DNA from: Candidatus Multivoradales bacterium
GTDB lineage: Bacteria > Acidobacteriota > Thermoanaerobaculia > Multivoradales > J023
Assembly (NCBI GenBank): GCA_965248925.1
Contig: CBDFLE010000005.1
Span: 416,001 to 480,000, forward strand
Direction: 5' to 3'
DNA length: 64,000 bases
A program made the translations under genes and the position numbers. This document shows, one piece after another, positions 1 through 8,498 of the stretch (position 1 is the first letter of the stretch; each line of letters begins with the position of its first letter). The notes beneath the pieces are model-generated. The model saw only the letters and a program-made list of their open reading frames with translations, did no database searches and had not been told where the DNA came from.

Positions 1-1
1 G

Positions 2-1000
2 GTGGCGCGGATCAAGCGCGATCTCGGCCAGCGCTCGAACGTCGGGGCGATGCTCACCCAGCGCGATCCCAGTGGCGGCGATAGCGACCGCAGTTGGGGT
101 ATCGATCTCAATCTCAACCCCACCAAACGCCTCAAGCTGACCGCTTTTGCCGCCGGCACTGAGGGCAACGAAACCCAGGATACCGCCGCCGGCGCCAGTG
201 CTCGCTGGCAGAGTTCGGTGTGGGAAGTGAGCGCCGCTGCCAAGGAGATCGGTGACGACTTCGCACCCGCCATGGGTTTTGTATCCCGCCGCGGCGTGCG
301 GCGTTACGACACCTATGTCAAGTGGGCGCCGCGGACCGCGGGAAAAGGTGCGATCGAGAGCTTTTTTTTCGACTTGAGAACCAACATGTTCACCGACTTG
401 GAGGGTCGGATCGAAAGCCGGACCATCGACTATAACCCCTTTGGCATTCGCTGGAAGCAGGGGCATTTCTTTACCTTCTTCGGCAATCTTCGCCGCGAAC
501 GCCTGACCGAGCCGTTCGAGATTTCCGACGGCGTGTTGATCGCGCCGGGGGACTATCACTTCGAGGATTTCGGCGCCTTCTTCTCCTCCGACGGCAGCCG
601 CCCGCTGTCGATCGAAACCTCTGCTTTTGGCGGTAGCTTCTACGACGGCGACCGCCTGTCAGGACAGTTCACCCTGCTATTCCGGCCCAGCAAGCATCTA
701 TTCTCCGAGACCAGCTGGTCCTACAACGACATTGATTTGCCGGCCGGTGAGTTTTCAACCGAGTTGATCCGTCAGCGCATCTCGGTGCCGATCAACCCTG
801 ATCTGCAGATCAACGCCTTCGTCCAATACAGTGATGCCCAGGACCTCACCGCCCTCAATCTGCGCCTGCGTTGGATCTACCGCCCCGGCTCCGACCTCTT
901 CGTGGTCTACAACCAGACCTGGGATGCTCCCGGCCTCAGCCAGCTGAGCCCCCGCGATCGGCAGCTGTCCGTCAAGTGGACCTATCTGCTGCAGCGCTGA
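2..1000 (+). CDS. DUF5916-like outer-membrane beta-barrel protein, C-terminal part (5' end lies outside the window)
   Basis: ORF open from the window edge; amphipathic beta-strand pattern, 'DFAPAMGFVSR', 'NLRLRWIYRPGSDLFVVYN' and C-terminal 'VKWTYL' resemble DUF5916/CBM9-associated proteins. Confidence 0.6.
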   Translation: MARIKRDLGQRSNVGAMLTQRDPSGGDSDRSWGIDLNLNPTKRLKLTAFAAGTEGNETQDTAAGASARWQSSVWEVSAAAKEIGDDFAPAMGFVSRRGVRRYDTYVKWAPRTAGKGAIESFFFDLRTNMFTDLEGRIESRTIDYNPFGIRWKQGHFFTFFGNLRRERLTEPFEISDGVLIAPGDYHFEDFGAFFSSDGSRPLSIETSAFGGSFYDGDRLSGQFTLLFRPSKHLFSETSWSYNDIDLPAGEFSTELIRQRISVPINPDLQINAFVQYSDAQDLTALNLRLRWIYRPGSDLFVVYNQTWDAPGLSQLSPRDRQLSVKWTYLLQR

Positions 1001-1136
1001 GCGATTGATTCCTACAGCCGAAGGGCGACTCTCTGGCGGGTTTCTTCTCATCGAGTGGAACACAATCCTCTTCCATCTCGTCATTTAGGACAGAGGGGAA
1101 GTACTGTCCGTTCGCCGCTGAGGAGACCTGCTGTCA

Positions 1137-2474
1137 ATGACTCTAGAGACTGCCGATTCCGCTAGCTTCTTCTGGCGCCTGCTGCTGATCGCATCCTTGA
1201 TTGCCGCCATCGTGTCGCTTTGGACGACCGGTGCCGGCTTGAGTCGTTATGTGGCAATACCGCTGGCCTGGGCGCTGGCGGCGGCGGTGCAGCTGGGGCT
1301 GTTTGGCCTAGCATGGTTGATCGGTGTAGGCCATTCTCGCCAGCGGCTGTGGATCTCCTTACTCTACTTCGCGACCATGCTGTTCTCAGTCACCTTCAGC
1401 TACGTCACCTTGCAGAGCGAGCTCACCGAGCGTATCCGGCCGGCCGAGGCTCAGCGGCGGTTGCTCGATGTCAGCCGCCAAGTGGTATCCGATCTCGCGC
1501 ACCAGCTCACCGCCGCCAGCCAGCAGCGCGACGATCTGGAGCTGCGTCTGGCGGGCTGGCTTGAGATGGAGCGCGGCAATGGCTGGGCAACCAGCACCTG
1601 CGAGGCCGAGGACCACTGTTATCTGGCGGGCGTCTGCCAGCGTATTCGCCAGCGCATCGGCGTCTGGGAGGGCTCTTCCGGCCGGACCTACCGCGAAGGC
1701 CCCGGTGAAGCGCTGATCTACGGCGCCCTCGAAGCTGAGCTTGGTAGCCTGCGCCAGCTCGGCGAGCGGCTGGCTGAGTATCGCCTCGGAGTGGCCACCG
1801 AGGACGGTGTGTTGGCGGCGGGGATCGACAATTGGCAGCGCTTGGCGCGGCTCGATCTGCTCCTCGGTCGCTTGCCGAGCGCCGACCTCGAGGCGGTCAC
1901 TTGCCAGGCTGCGGCGCTCCCCAGCCTGCCGTCCTACAGCGACCACGCCCGCGACGCCGCGTCCAGTGACGAGCAACCGGTCTATGCCTGGCTCGACCTG
2001 CAACGCTTGTTGAGCTCTGCCGAGCCCCTCGGTCGCGAGGACTATCCGACGCTCTTCGCTCTGGCGCTGGCTCTGTTCATCGACCTATTCGTGCTCGCCG
2101 TGGCCCTCGGTGCTTCCGAGGTCGGCCGTCGGGGTCGCGGGGTGGCCATGTTGGGTGCCGCACCGAAAGGCTGGCAAGAAGCAGTCGTGGACGATGTCGA
2201 CGGCTGGCTTGGGGCTTCCCTGGAGCGTGGAGAGCAGGGCAGCGACAGTCGCCAGCAGCTGCTCAGCAGCTTGCTCGACGCGATCTCATTCGACCGCCGT
2301 GGTCAGGCACACTTGCTACCCGAGGATCCGTCCCAACACCGCTTCGCCCGGCTACTCGTCGGCTGCCGGGCGGCGACGCCGCGGGCCTTCATACGCCTCG
2401 GTCGGGTGGGCCAGCGCTTCGACCTAGAAGAATGGGTGCTGCCCGCTCTGGCCCAGGCGGCCCAGCGCAGCTGA
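1137..2474 (+). CDS. Hypothetical membrane protein (3 N-terminal TM helices, Cys-containing helical/coiled-coil region, further TM helix)
   Basis: 445-aa ORF, GAGGAG upstream, host-like codon usage; hydrophobic segments at aa ~10-90 and ~305-325. Confidence 0.7.
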   Translation: MTLETADSASFFWRLLLIASLIAAIVSLWTTGAGLSRYVAIPLAWALAAAVQLGLFGLAWLIGVGHSRQRLWISLLYFATMLFSVTFSYVTLQSELTERIRPAEAQRRLLDVSRQVVSDLAHQLTAASQQRDDLELRLAGWLEMERGNGWATSTCEAEDHCYLAGVCQRIRQRIGVWEGSSGRTYREGPGEALIYGALEAELGSLRQLGERLAEYRLGVATEDGVLAAGIDNWQRLARLDLLLGRLPSADLEAVTCQAAALPSLPSYSDHARDAASSDEQPVYAWLDLQRLLSSAEPLGREDYPTLFALALALFIDLFVLAVALGASEVGRRGRGVAMLGAAPKGWQEAVVDDVDGWLGASLERGEQGSDSRQQLLSSLLDAISFDRRGQAHLLPEDPSQHRFARLLVGCRAATPRAFIRLGRVGQRFDLEEWVLPALAQAAQRS

Positions 2475-2541
2475 GCAAGAGCCGGCACCAACCGCCGCTG
2501 GTGGCGTTAGCCTTGCCACAGGGCTGGCGAGTAGTTCCCGT

Positions 2542-2581
2542 TTGACAACTGGCCCCCGACTGGCTATGGTCACTTGGCCAT
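2542..2581 (+). promoter_or_regulatory. Sigma70-like promoter with overlapping palindromic operator of the TA operon
   Basis: TTGACA (2542-2547), 17-nt spacer, TATGGT (2565-2570); imperfect palindrome ATGGTCA-CT-TGGCCAT (2566-2581) overlaps the -10, as expected for type II TA autorepression. Confidence 0.6.
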
Positions 2582-2897
2582 GACTATGAAAATCCCAAAC
2601 AAAGAGACCCTCAAAAATTCGCCGCCTGACTCGCGCCACACGGTTGCGACTGGTTGTAACGACGCCTATCCCCCTCTCGATCCACGGATAGCGGCCGGTG
2701 AGTTCAAAGCCAAGTGCTTGAGCATGATCGACGAGGTTGCCGAGACCGGCGCCGCCTACGTCATCACCAAGCGCGGCAAACCGATGGCGCGGCTGGTGCC
2801 CCTGGCTGAGCAGGAGCCCGCGGACCTGCTGGGCAGTGTGCTGTTCGAGGACGATCTTGTGTCGCCGATCGGTGAGCCCTGGGATGCAGAACAGTGA
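2574..2897 (+). CDS. Type II TA antitoxin, Phd/YefM family
   Basis: 'AGEFKAKCLSMIDEV...YVITKRGKPMARLVP' motif; GTGA overlap with the PIN gene; true start may lie downstream. Confidence 0.88.
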   Translation: MAMTMKIPNKETLKNSPPDSRHTVATGCNDAYPPLDPRIAAGEFKAKCLSMIDEVAETGAAYVITKRGKPMARLVPLAEQEPADLLGSVLFEDDLVSPIGEPWDAEQ

Positions 2898-3280
2898 TTG
2901 TGCTCGACACCCACGCCTGGATCTGGTGGACCTCGGCCCCCGACCGGCTGTCGAATGGCGCCCGCCGGGCGATTGATGAGGCTACCGCTCTCGGGGTGTC
3001 GGTGATCAGCTGCTGGGAGGTGGCCATGCTGGTCACCAAAGGGCGCTTGGGACTCGATCGTGGGGTTGATCTGTGGGTGCGCCAAGCCTTGGCCCGGCCG
3101 CGGGTGCGGCTGCTCGAGATTACGCCCAAGATCGCCGTTCAAGCCGCGGAGTTGAAAGGCAAAATCCCGGGCGACCCGGCCGATCGATTGATCACCGCCA
3201 CCTCGCTGGCGCGGCGCGCAGCGCTGATCACCCGCGACCGGATCTTGACAGACTACTCAGAGTTGAGGACGGTTTGGTAA
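2894..3280 (+). CDS. vapC: Type II TA toxin, PIN-domain VapC family
   Basis: 'MIVLDTHAWIWW', 'SVISCWEVAML', 'GDPADRLITAT', 'LITRD' PIN motifs. Confidence 0.9.
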   Translation: MIVLDTHAWIWWTSAPDRLSNGARRAIDEATALGVSVISCWEVAMLVTKGRLGLDRGVDLWVRQALARPRVRLLEITPKIAVQAAELKGKIPGDPADRLITATSLARRAALITRDRILTDYSELRTVW

Positions 3281-3356
3281 GGCTAGGGCTTGTCAGGGGC
3301 TAGCAAGTCATTTCGTACGGTCCGGTGATCGACGAAAACCTAGCTTCTCAGCCGAT

Positions 3357-6300
3357 TCAGAACAGCCGGGCGATGGCTGTCAGCACCTTTTCTGGGTTCA
3401 GCCGGTCCGGTAGATCTTCGGCTTCGTAGAGGGCGTAACCTTCAACGAAGCGAAACCGTTCGAGTGCTTCGGGATCACCCATGACGTAGCCCTCGGAGGT
3501 CCAGGCCAGGTGATGGCCTTTGCGGTCCGACCAGAGGTGAGCCACCGGCTGGAGCAGCCTATCTTCGGCCGAGAACTCGGAAACAGCATACAGGCTCAAC
3601 ACACCATCTCTCCGGCCAATCACTAGTGCCCGACTGCTGGGGAGCCACGCTAGCGACGAAGGCGTGCTATCGAGCAGAGCGTCGGCCACCCTTCGGCCGG
3701 TCGTCGGGTTCCATAGTTTAACGGTTTTGTCAGAGGAGGCAGAAGCGAGGGTCTTGCCGTCCGGGCTGAAAGCAACGGCGCGGACTGGCCGTTTGTGTTG
3801 TTCGAGTGAGTGGATGAGCTTTGCGCGGCTTGGGTTCCATAGTTTGACGGTGTTGTCATGGGATGCAGAAGCGAGGGTCTTGCCGTCCGGGCTGAAAGCA
3901 ACGGCGGTGACCCAACCGTTGTGTTGTTCGAGTGAGTGGATGAGCTTTGCGCGGCTTGGGTTCCATAGTTTGACGGTGTTGTCATGGGATGCAGAAGCGA
4001 GGGTCTTGCCGTCCGGGCTGAAAGCAACGGCGCGGACCCAATCGTTGTGTTGTTCGAGTGAGCGGATGAGCTTTGCGCGGCTTGGGTTCCATAGTTTAAC
4101 GGTGTTGTCATGGGATGCAGAAGCGAGGGTCTTGCCGTCCGGGCTGAAAGCAACGGCGGTGACCCAACCGTTGTGTTGTTCGAGTGAGTGGATGAGCTTT
4201 GCGCGGTTTGGGTTCCATAGTTTGACGGTGTTGTCATGGGAGGCAGAAGCGAGGGTCTTGCCGTCCGGGCTGAAAGCAACGGCGGTGACTGGCCGTTTGT
4301 GTTGTTCGAGTGAGTGGATGAGCTTTGCGCGGCTTGGGTTCCATAGTTTGACGGTGTTGTCATGGGATGCAGAAGCGAGGGTCTTGCCGTCCGGGCTGAA
4401 AGCAACGGCGGTGACCCAACCGTTGTGTTGTTCGAGTGAGTGGATGAGCTTTGCGCGGCTTGGGTTCCATAGTTTGACGGTGTTGTCATTGGATGCAGAA
4501 GCGAGGGTCTTACCGTCCGGGCTGAAAGCAACGGCGGTGACCCAACCGTTGTGTTGTTCGAGTGAGCGGATGAGCTTTGCGCGGCTTGGGTTCCATAGTT
4601 TAACGGTTTTGTCATCGGAGGCTGAAGCGAGGGTTTTGCCGTCCGGGCTGAAAGCAACGGCGGTGACTGGCCGTTTGTGTTGTTCGAGTGAGTGGATGAG
4701 CTTTGCGCGACTTGGGTTCCATAGTCTAACGGTTTTGTCATTGGATGCAGAAGCGAGGGTCTTGCCGTCCGGGCTGAAAGCAACGGCGGTGACCCAACCG
4801 TTGTGTTGTTCGAGTGAGTGGATGAGCTTTGCGAGGCTTGGGTTCCATAGTTTGACGGTGTTGTCGTGGGATGCAGAAGCGAGGGTCTTGCCGTCCGGGC
4901 TGAAAGCAACGGCGGTGACTGGCCGTTTGTGTTGTTCGAGTGAGTGGATGAGCTTTGCGCGGCTTGGGTTCCATAGTTTGACGGTGTTGTCATGGGATGC
5001 AGAAGCGAGGGTCTTGCCGTCCGGGCTGAAAGCAACGGCGGTGACTGGCCGTTTGTGTTGTTCGAGTGAGTGGATGAGCTTTGCGCGGCTTGGGTTCCAT
5101 AGTTTGACGGTGTTGTCATTGGAGGCTGAAGCGAGGGTCTTTCCGTCCGGGCTGAATGCAAGTGACTTAACGGAGCCGCGATGTGCGGTGAGGCTGCTGA
5201 GCAGTGTGCCGGCGAGGGTATCCCAGAGGAGGATGGAACCCTCGGCTCCTGCGCTCGCCAGGATAGGCTCCTGAGGGTGGTAGGCCAATGCAAGGACTCT
5301 TCCTTGGTGGCCGTCTTTCAGCAGCGGCCGAAGGCCGCCAAAATGGCCGGTGCGCGCGGCCGGTAGGCCGCGCGCACCGAGTAGGGCGGTACCCAAGGTG
5401 CGCCTGGGCTCAAATCGCGCATCGCTCAGATCCGCTCCGGAGAACCGAGCGAAGCCAAGGTCGGCGGCCCGCAGGTCCGCACGCCGCAGATCCGCATGCC
5501 GCAGATCGGCGTGATCGAGACTTGCTCCGCCGAGGTTGGCGTCCGAGAGGTCGGCGCCTCGCAGGTCGGCCGAACTCAGGTCCGCCGAAGAAAGATTGGC
5601 ATCTAGCTTGGCACCTTGTAGCTGCGCCTGGCGCAAGTTGGCCTGCTTGAGGGATGCTTGAATCAAGTAGGCACCGCGCAGATCGGCGCCCTGCAAATCG
5701 CCTTGCTCCAGTCGCATTGGCCTGGAACCCATCGCTGCTTGGTGGAGGGCCGCCATCTCCCGTTGCACCGCCGCGAGATCGATCTCCTCTTCAGCCGCCC
5801 GGTCGCGAGGAGTGTCCGCTGGCAGGGCGCGGTCGCGGGCCAAAAAGTAGAGCAAGCGCAGGGCGTTCTCGCTGACTCGTTGCCGGTAGTCGCCCGCCAG
5901 CACCGCGCCGGCGAGTTTGGGGATGTTCTCGGCCTCCGGCCAACGCAAGAGGAAGAGCGCCACCTCGCGGGTCAGGGGTTTCAGATCGAGCACCGTGGCA
6001 TCGTCCTGCGCCAAGCCCTCCCGCACGGTGACCGCGACGAAATACTCCAGAAAAGAACGATGGATGAAGCGGTAATAGCCGCGGCTGTCGCGATGCAGGA
6101 AGAGGGCGGTGCGCACCTCGTAGTCGACCCTTTCCTTGTCCAGGTAGGAGAGTTCGCGTTTGACCCGATAGAAGTCGAGCGCCTTTTCGGCCAGCTCCTC
6201 GTAGTGAACTTCCTGCCGCGAGGCGTCCCACAGCATGCGCGCCAGGTAGTGGACCAGGGCGACCTTATGCTCTCGGGTGAGGGTCAGGCGCAGGTCATTA

Positions 6301-8498
6301 TGCTCGAACCACTTCTCGCAGTAGGCCTCGTAGAGGTCGGCGATCGATAGCGGAGCACCCTGGGCTCGCTCGACCGCCACCGCCAACGATTTGACGATCA
6401 GCTTGAGCAGGAAAGGTCGCTTGGCGAGATCGTCGAGATTGTAGGCGGCCTGGATCGTCCCCTTCAGCTCTTGCCAGTCGCCTGGCGGCGGTACCGCCTT
6501 TTGCAAGTAGACGTCGATCTGCGCCTGCTCGAACTCGCGCAGGTAGGCGATCTGGGCGCCGGGGCGTTCCCGCAAGATCTCGTAGAGGGCGGTAGCGCCA
6601 GCGGTGGAGCGCTCGGCGCCCGCTACTCCCAGCTGCTGAACCTCCTCGGGCTGGTCGCGAAAGTAGTGGGTCCGGCAGGTGAGAATCACTTTCGCCTCAC
6701 CCTCGACGGCGCGCAACATCTGGCGCAGGTTCTCGGCGTAGTGGCCGGGCTCGGTGTAAGCAATGGTCTCGTCGAAACCATCGAAGATCAGCACCAAATG
6801 GCCGGCGCGGTTCAAGAACAGCATTGCTTGTGGGTTGAACGACCGGGTAGAGAGTCGCTGGAAGTGATGGTTCAGCAGATTCTCGAGAGTCACCGTAGTC
6901 GAGCCGCTCTCGCGCAGGTCGATTAGCACCGGCGCTCGCTGGTCAGGATCCTGCTGGTGAGCCAGTGCCAGCAAACAGGCCAGGCGCTGGCAGAAGCTGC
7001 TCTTGCCGACCCCGAAGTCACCCAGCAGGGTCAAGACGCCGGAGGCCGGTTCCTCAAGCCAGGCGAGGACGCTCTCGGTCAGCCCGCGTGGCTTGACCAC
7101 CTCCCCTGGCCTGATATCTCGCTGCCAGACCGCCTCCTGCTCGACATAGAGCCGTTCGAGGTCGGTGCCCTGGAAATCGCGGATAGCTTGGTCGAGAGTG
7201 GGGGAGAGGTCGACCAGTGAACGCCGTAGCTCCTTGAAGCTCTTGAGCTCGACGAACAGCTCTTCAGCTACCGCACGTGCGTTGTTGGCGAACCCCTCAC
7301 GTGCGACCAAGATGGCTTGGTAGCGGCGCTTATCGTGCCGGCTGGCGGTCTCCACCTTGCGCGAGAATTTCACGACGTCGTCGATTCCCACCTTGCGCTT
7401 AGTGTCTTTGCACTCCACTAGAGCGTAGGTGGTGATCGGTCCCTGCAACTCCAAGCGCACGTCGAACTGCCGATCCAAGGTCTTGTCGTCCACCTCCGCC
7501 CGGTAGCCGAGCAGGCGGAACAGTTCGGCGACTTTTTCCTCGAAGCTCTTGGCGCGCTGAAGAATCTCTCGCCGGTCGTCCGCGGTGAGGCCGGGACGAA
7601 GCTGCCTTTCATCGCGGTCTTCATCGGCCTCAGCTAAGACTGAGGCACGCTCGCGCGTGAGCATGTCGAGGAGCGGTTGGTATTGGTCTCGGAGGTCTTC
7701 AGCGCTGCCCCCATCCAGGCTGGGTATCGCATCGGTCAGCAGCAGCGGAGGGTGCAGTGGTAGCTGCAGATTGGGTCCGAGGCCCGCCGCTCTCAGCTGG
7801 TCCAACTTGCTGTCCTTCAGTGCTTCGAGGTGCTTGTCTCCCGCCACCTCGGGAACCATGTTGGCCAGCAGGAATACCTTGATCTCGCCGTGCTTGCGGC
7901 GCTGCGCCTTGATCGCCGCGTGAGCTTGCCTGATTCCCTGGAGGTTCTGCTCATTGAGGTTGAAGACGATCACTACCAGGTCGGGGAGGATCAGCGTACT
8001 GATTGCGCCAAGGTCGGTAAGACCGGTTCGGGCGTCGATCAGCAAGTACTCGTAGCCGAGGTCGTCCAACAGGTGCTGCGCGATGCGCAGGAAGAAGGCG
8101 CCGCCCATCTCCCCATCTGCCAACAAGGGTTGCCAATCGATGCCGGCAAAGCGCTCGCGGTATCCCTGGTCGAAGGGGCAGGGGAGTAGAAAGTCGAGCC
8201 TGCCCCGGTTCTTGGCCAAGCCATCGGGTAGGTCCAGGCTGACGATTGAGCTTTTCAGCAAATCGAAAGGCACTTCCCGGCATTTCCCTGCCACGAACGC
8301 TTGGATAAGGTCTAGGGTGCCGCTCTCGAGCTTCTTGTCGACCTTGCGAAGTGCCGGGATACGCTGCATTCCGGGCGCTTCGAGATCCAGGTCCCAAACC
8401 AGGACTGAGTGGCCGCGTCCAGCCAGCTGAGCCGCCGTTTCGACCAGCGAGTGGGTGCGGCCCACGCCGCCTTTGAACGAGTAGAAAGTGACGATCAT
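3357..8498 (-). CDS. NLR-like multidomain protein: KGGVGR-variant ParA/MinD ATPase + Mrr-like PD-(D/E)xK nuclease + NACHT NTPase + pentapeptide repeats + 14 WD40 repeats
   Basis: N-term 'TFYSFKGGVGRT...DLDLEAPG...LIDARTG'; 'FEEKVAELFRLLGY...FDVRLE...LVECKD' (Mrr_cat-like); Walker A 'GDFGVGKS' and NACHT Walker B 'LIFDGFDE'; 'YRFIHRSFLEYF'; A(D/N)Lxx pentapeptides; 12 copies of 'AFSPDGKTLASAS' plus 2 degenerate WD40 repeats. Confidence 0.92.
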   Translation of the reverse strand: MIVTFYSFKGGVGRTHSLVETAAQLAGRGHSVLVWDLDLEAPGMQRIPALRKVDKKLESGTLDLIQAFVAGKCREVPFDLLKSSIVSLDLPDGLAKNRGRLDFLLPCPFDQGYRERFAGIDWQPLLADGEMGGAFFLRIAQHLLDDLGYEYLLIDARTGLTDLGAISTLILPDLVVIVFNLNEQNLQGIRQAHAAIKAQRRKHGEIKVFLLANMVPEVAGDKHLEALKDSKLDQLRAAGLGPNLQLPLHPPLLLTDAIPSLDGGSAEDLRDQYQPLLDMLTRERASVLAEADEDRDERQLRPGLTADDRREILQRAKSFEEKVAELFRLLGYRAEVDDKTLDRQFDVRLELQGPITTYALVECKDTKRKVGIDDVVKFSRKVETASRHDKRRYQAILVAREGFANNARAVAEELFVELKSFKELRRSLVDLSPTLDQAIRDFQGTDLERLYVEQEAVWQRDIRPGEVVKPRGLTESVLAWLEEPASGVLTLLGDFGVGKSSFCQRLACLLALAHQQDPDQRAPVLIDLRESGSTTVTLENLLNHHFQRLSTRSFNPQAMLFLNRAGHLVLIFDGFDETIAYTEPGHYAENLRQMLRAVEGEAKVILTCRTHYFRDQPEEVQQLGVAGAERSTAGATALYEILRERPGAQIAYLREFEQAQIDVYLQKAVPPPGDWQELKGTIQAAYNLDDLAKRPFLLKLIVKSLAVAVERAQGAPLSIADLYEAYCEKWFEHNDLRLTLTREHKVALVHYLARMLWDASRQEVHYEELAEKALDFYRVKRELSYLDKERVDYEVRTALFLHRDSRGYYRFIHRSFLEYFVAVTVREGLAQDDATVLDLKPLTREVALFLLRWPEAENIPKLAGAVLAGDYRQRVSENALRLLYFLARDRALPADTPRDRAAEEEIDLAAVQREMAALHQAAMGSRPMRLEQGDLQGADLRGAYLIQASLKQANLRQAQLQGAKLDANLSSADLSSADLRGADLSDANLGGASLDHADLRHADLRRADLRAADLGFARFSGADLSDARFEPRRTLGTALLGARGLPAARTGHFGGLRPLLKDGHQGRVLALAYHPQEPILASAGAEGSILLWDTLAGTLLSSLTAHRGSVKSLAFSPDGKTLASASNDNTVKLWNPSRAKLIHSLEQHKRPVTAVAFSPDGKTLASASHDNTVKLWNPSRAKLIHSLEQHKRPVTAVAFSPDGKTLASASHDNTVKLWNPSLAKLIHSLEQHNGWVTAVAFSPDGKTLASASNDKTVRLWNPSRAKLIHSLEQHKRPVTAVAFSPDGKTLASASDDKTVKLWNPSRAKLIRSLEQHNGWVTAVAFSPDGKTLASASNDNTVKLWNPSRAKLIHSLEQHNGWVTAVAFSPDGKTLASASHDNTVKLWNPSRAKLIHSLEQHKRPVTAVAFSPDGKTLASASHDNTVKLWNPNRAKLIHSLEQHNGWVTAVAFSPDGKTLASASHDNTVKLWNPSRAKLIRSLEQHNDWVRAVAFSPDGKTLASASHDNTVKLWNPSRAKLIHSLEQHNGWVTAVAFSPDGKTLASASHDNTVKLWNPSRAKLIHSLEQHKRPVRAVAFSPDGKTLASASSDKTVKLWNPTTGRRVADALLDSTPSSLAWLPSSRALVIGRRDGVLSLYAVSEFSAEDRLLQPVAHLWSDRKGHHLAWTSEGYVMGDPEALERFRFVEGYALYEAEDLPDRLNPEKVLTAIARLF
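3706..5156. repeat. Tandem array of ~11.5 near-identical 126-bp units encoding WD40 repeats
   Basis: 'gggttccatagt' recurs at 3706, 3832, 3958, ... every 126 nt; units differ by only a few nucleotides. Confidence 0.98.

Noticed and set aside
3706-5156. 126-bp periodic array as a CRISPR array or other non-coding repeat
   Set aside because: No unique spacers; the unit is 42 codons in frame within a WD40 protein; no cas genes in the window
3650-5293. Long alternative-frame ORFs (547 aa on -, 536 aa on +) over the repeats
   Set aside because: A stop-free unit amplified in tandem keeps other frames open automatically; the ORFs end near the array edges and encode no recognisable fold
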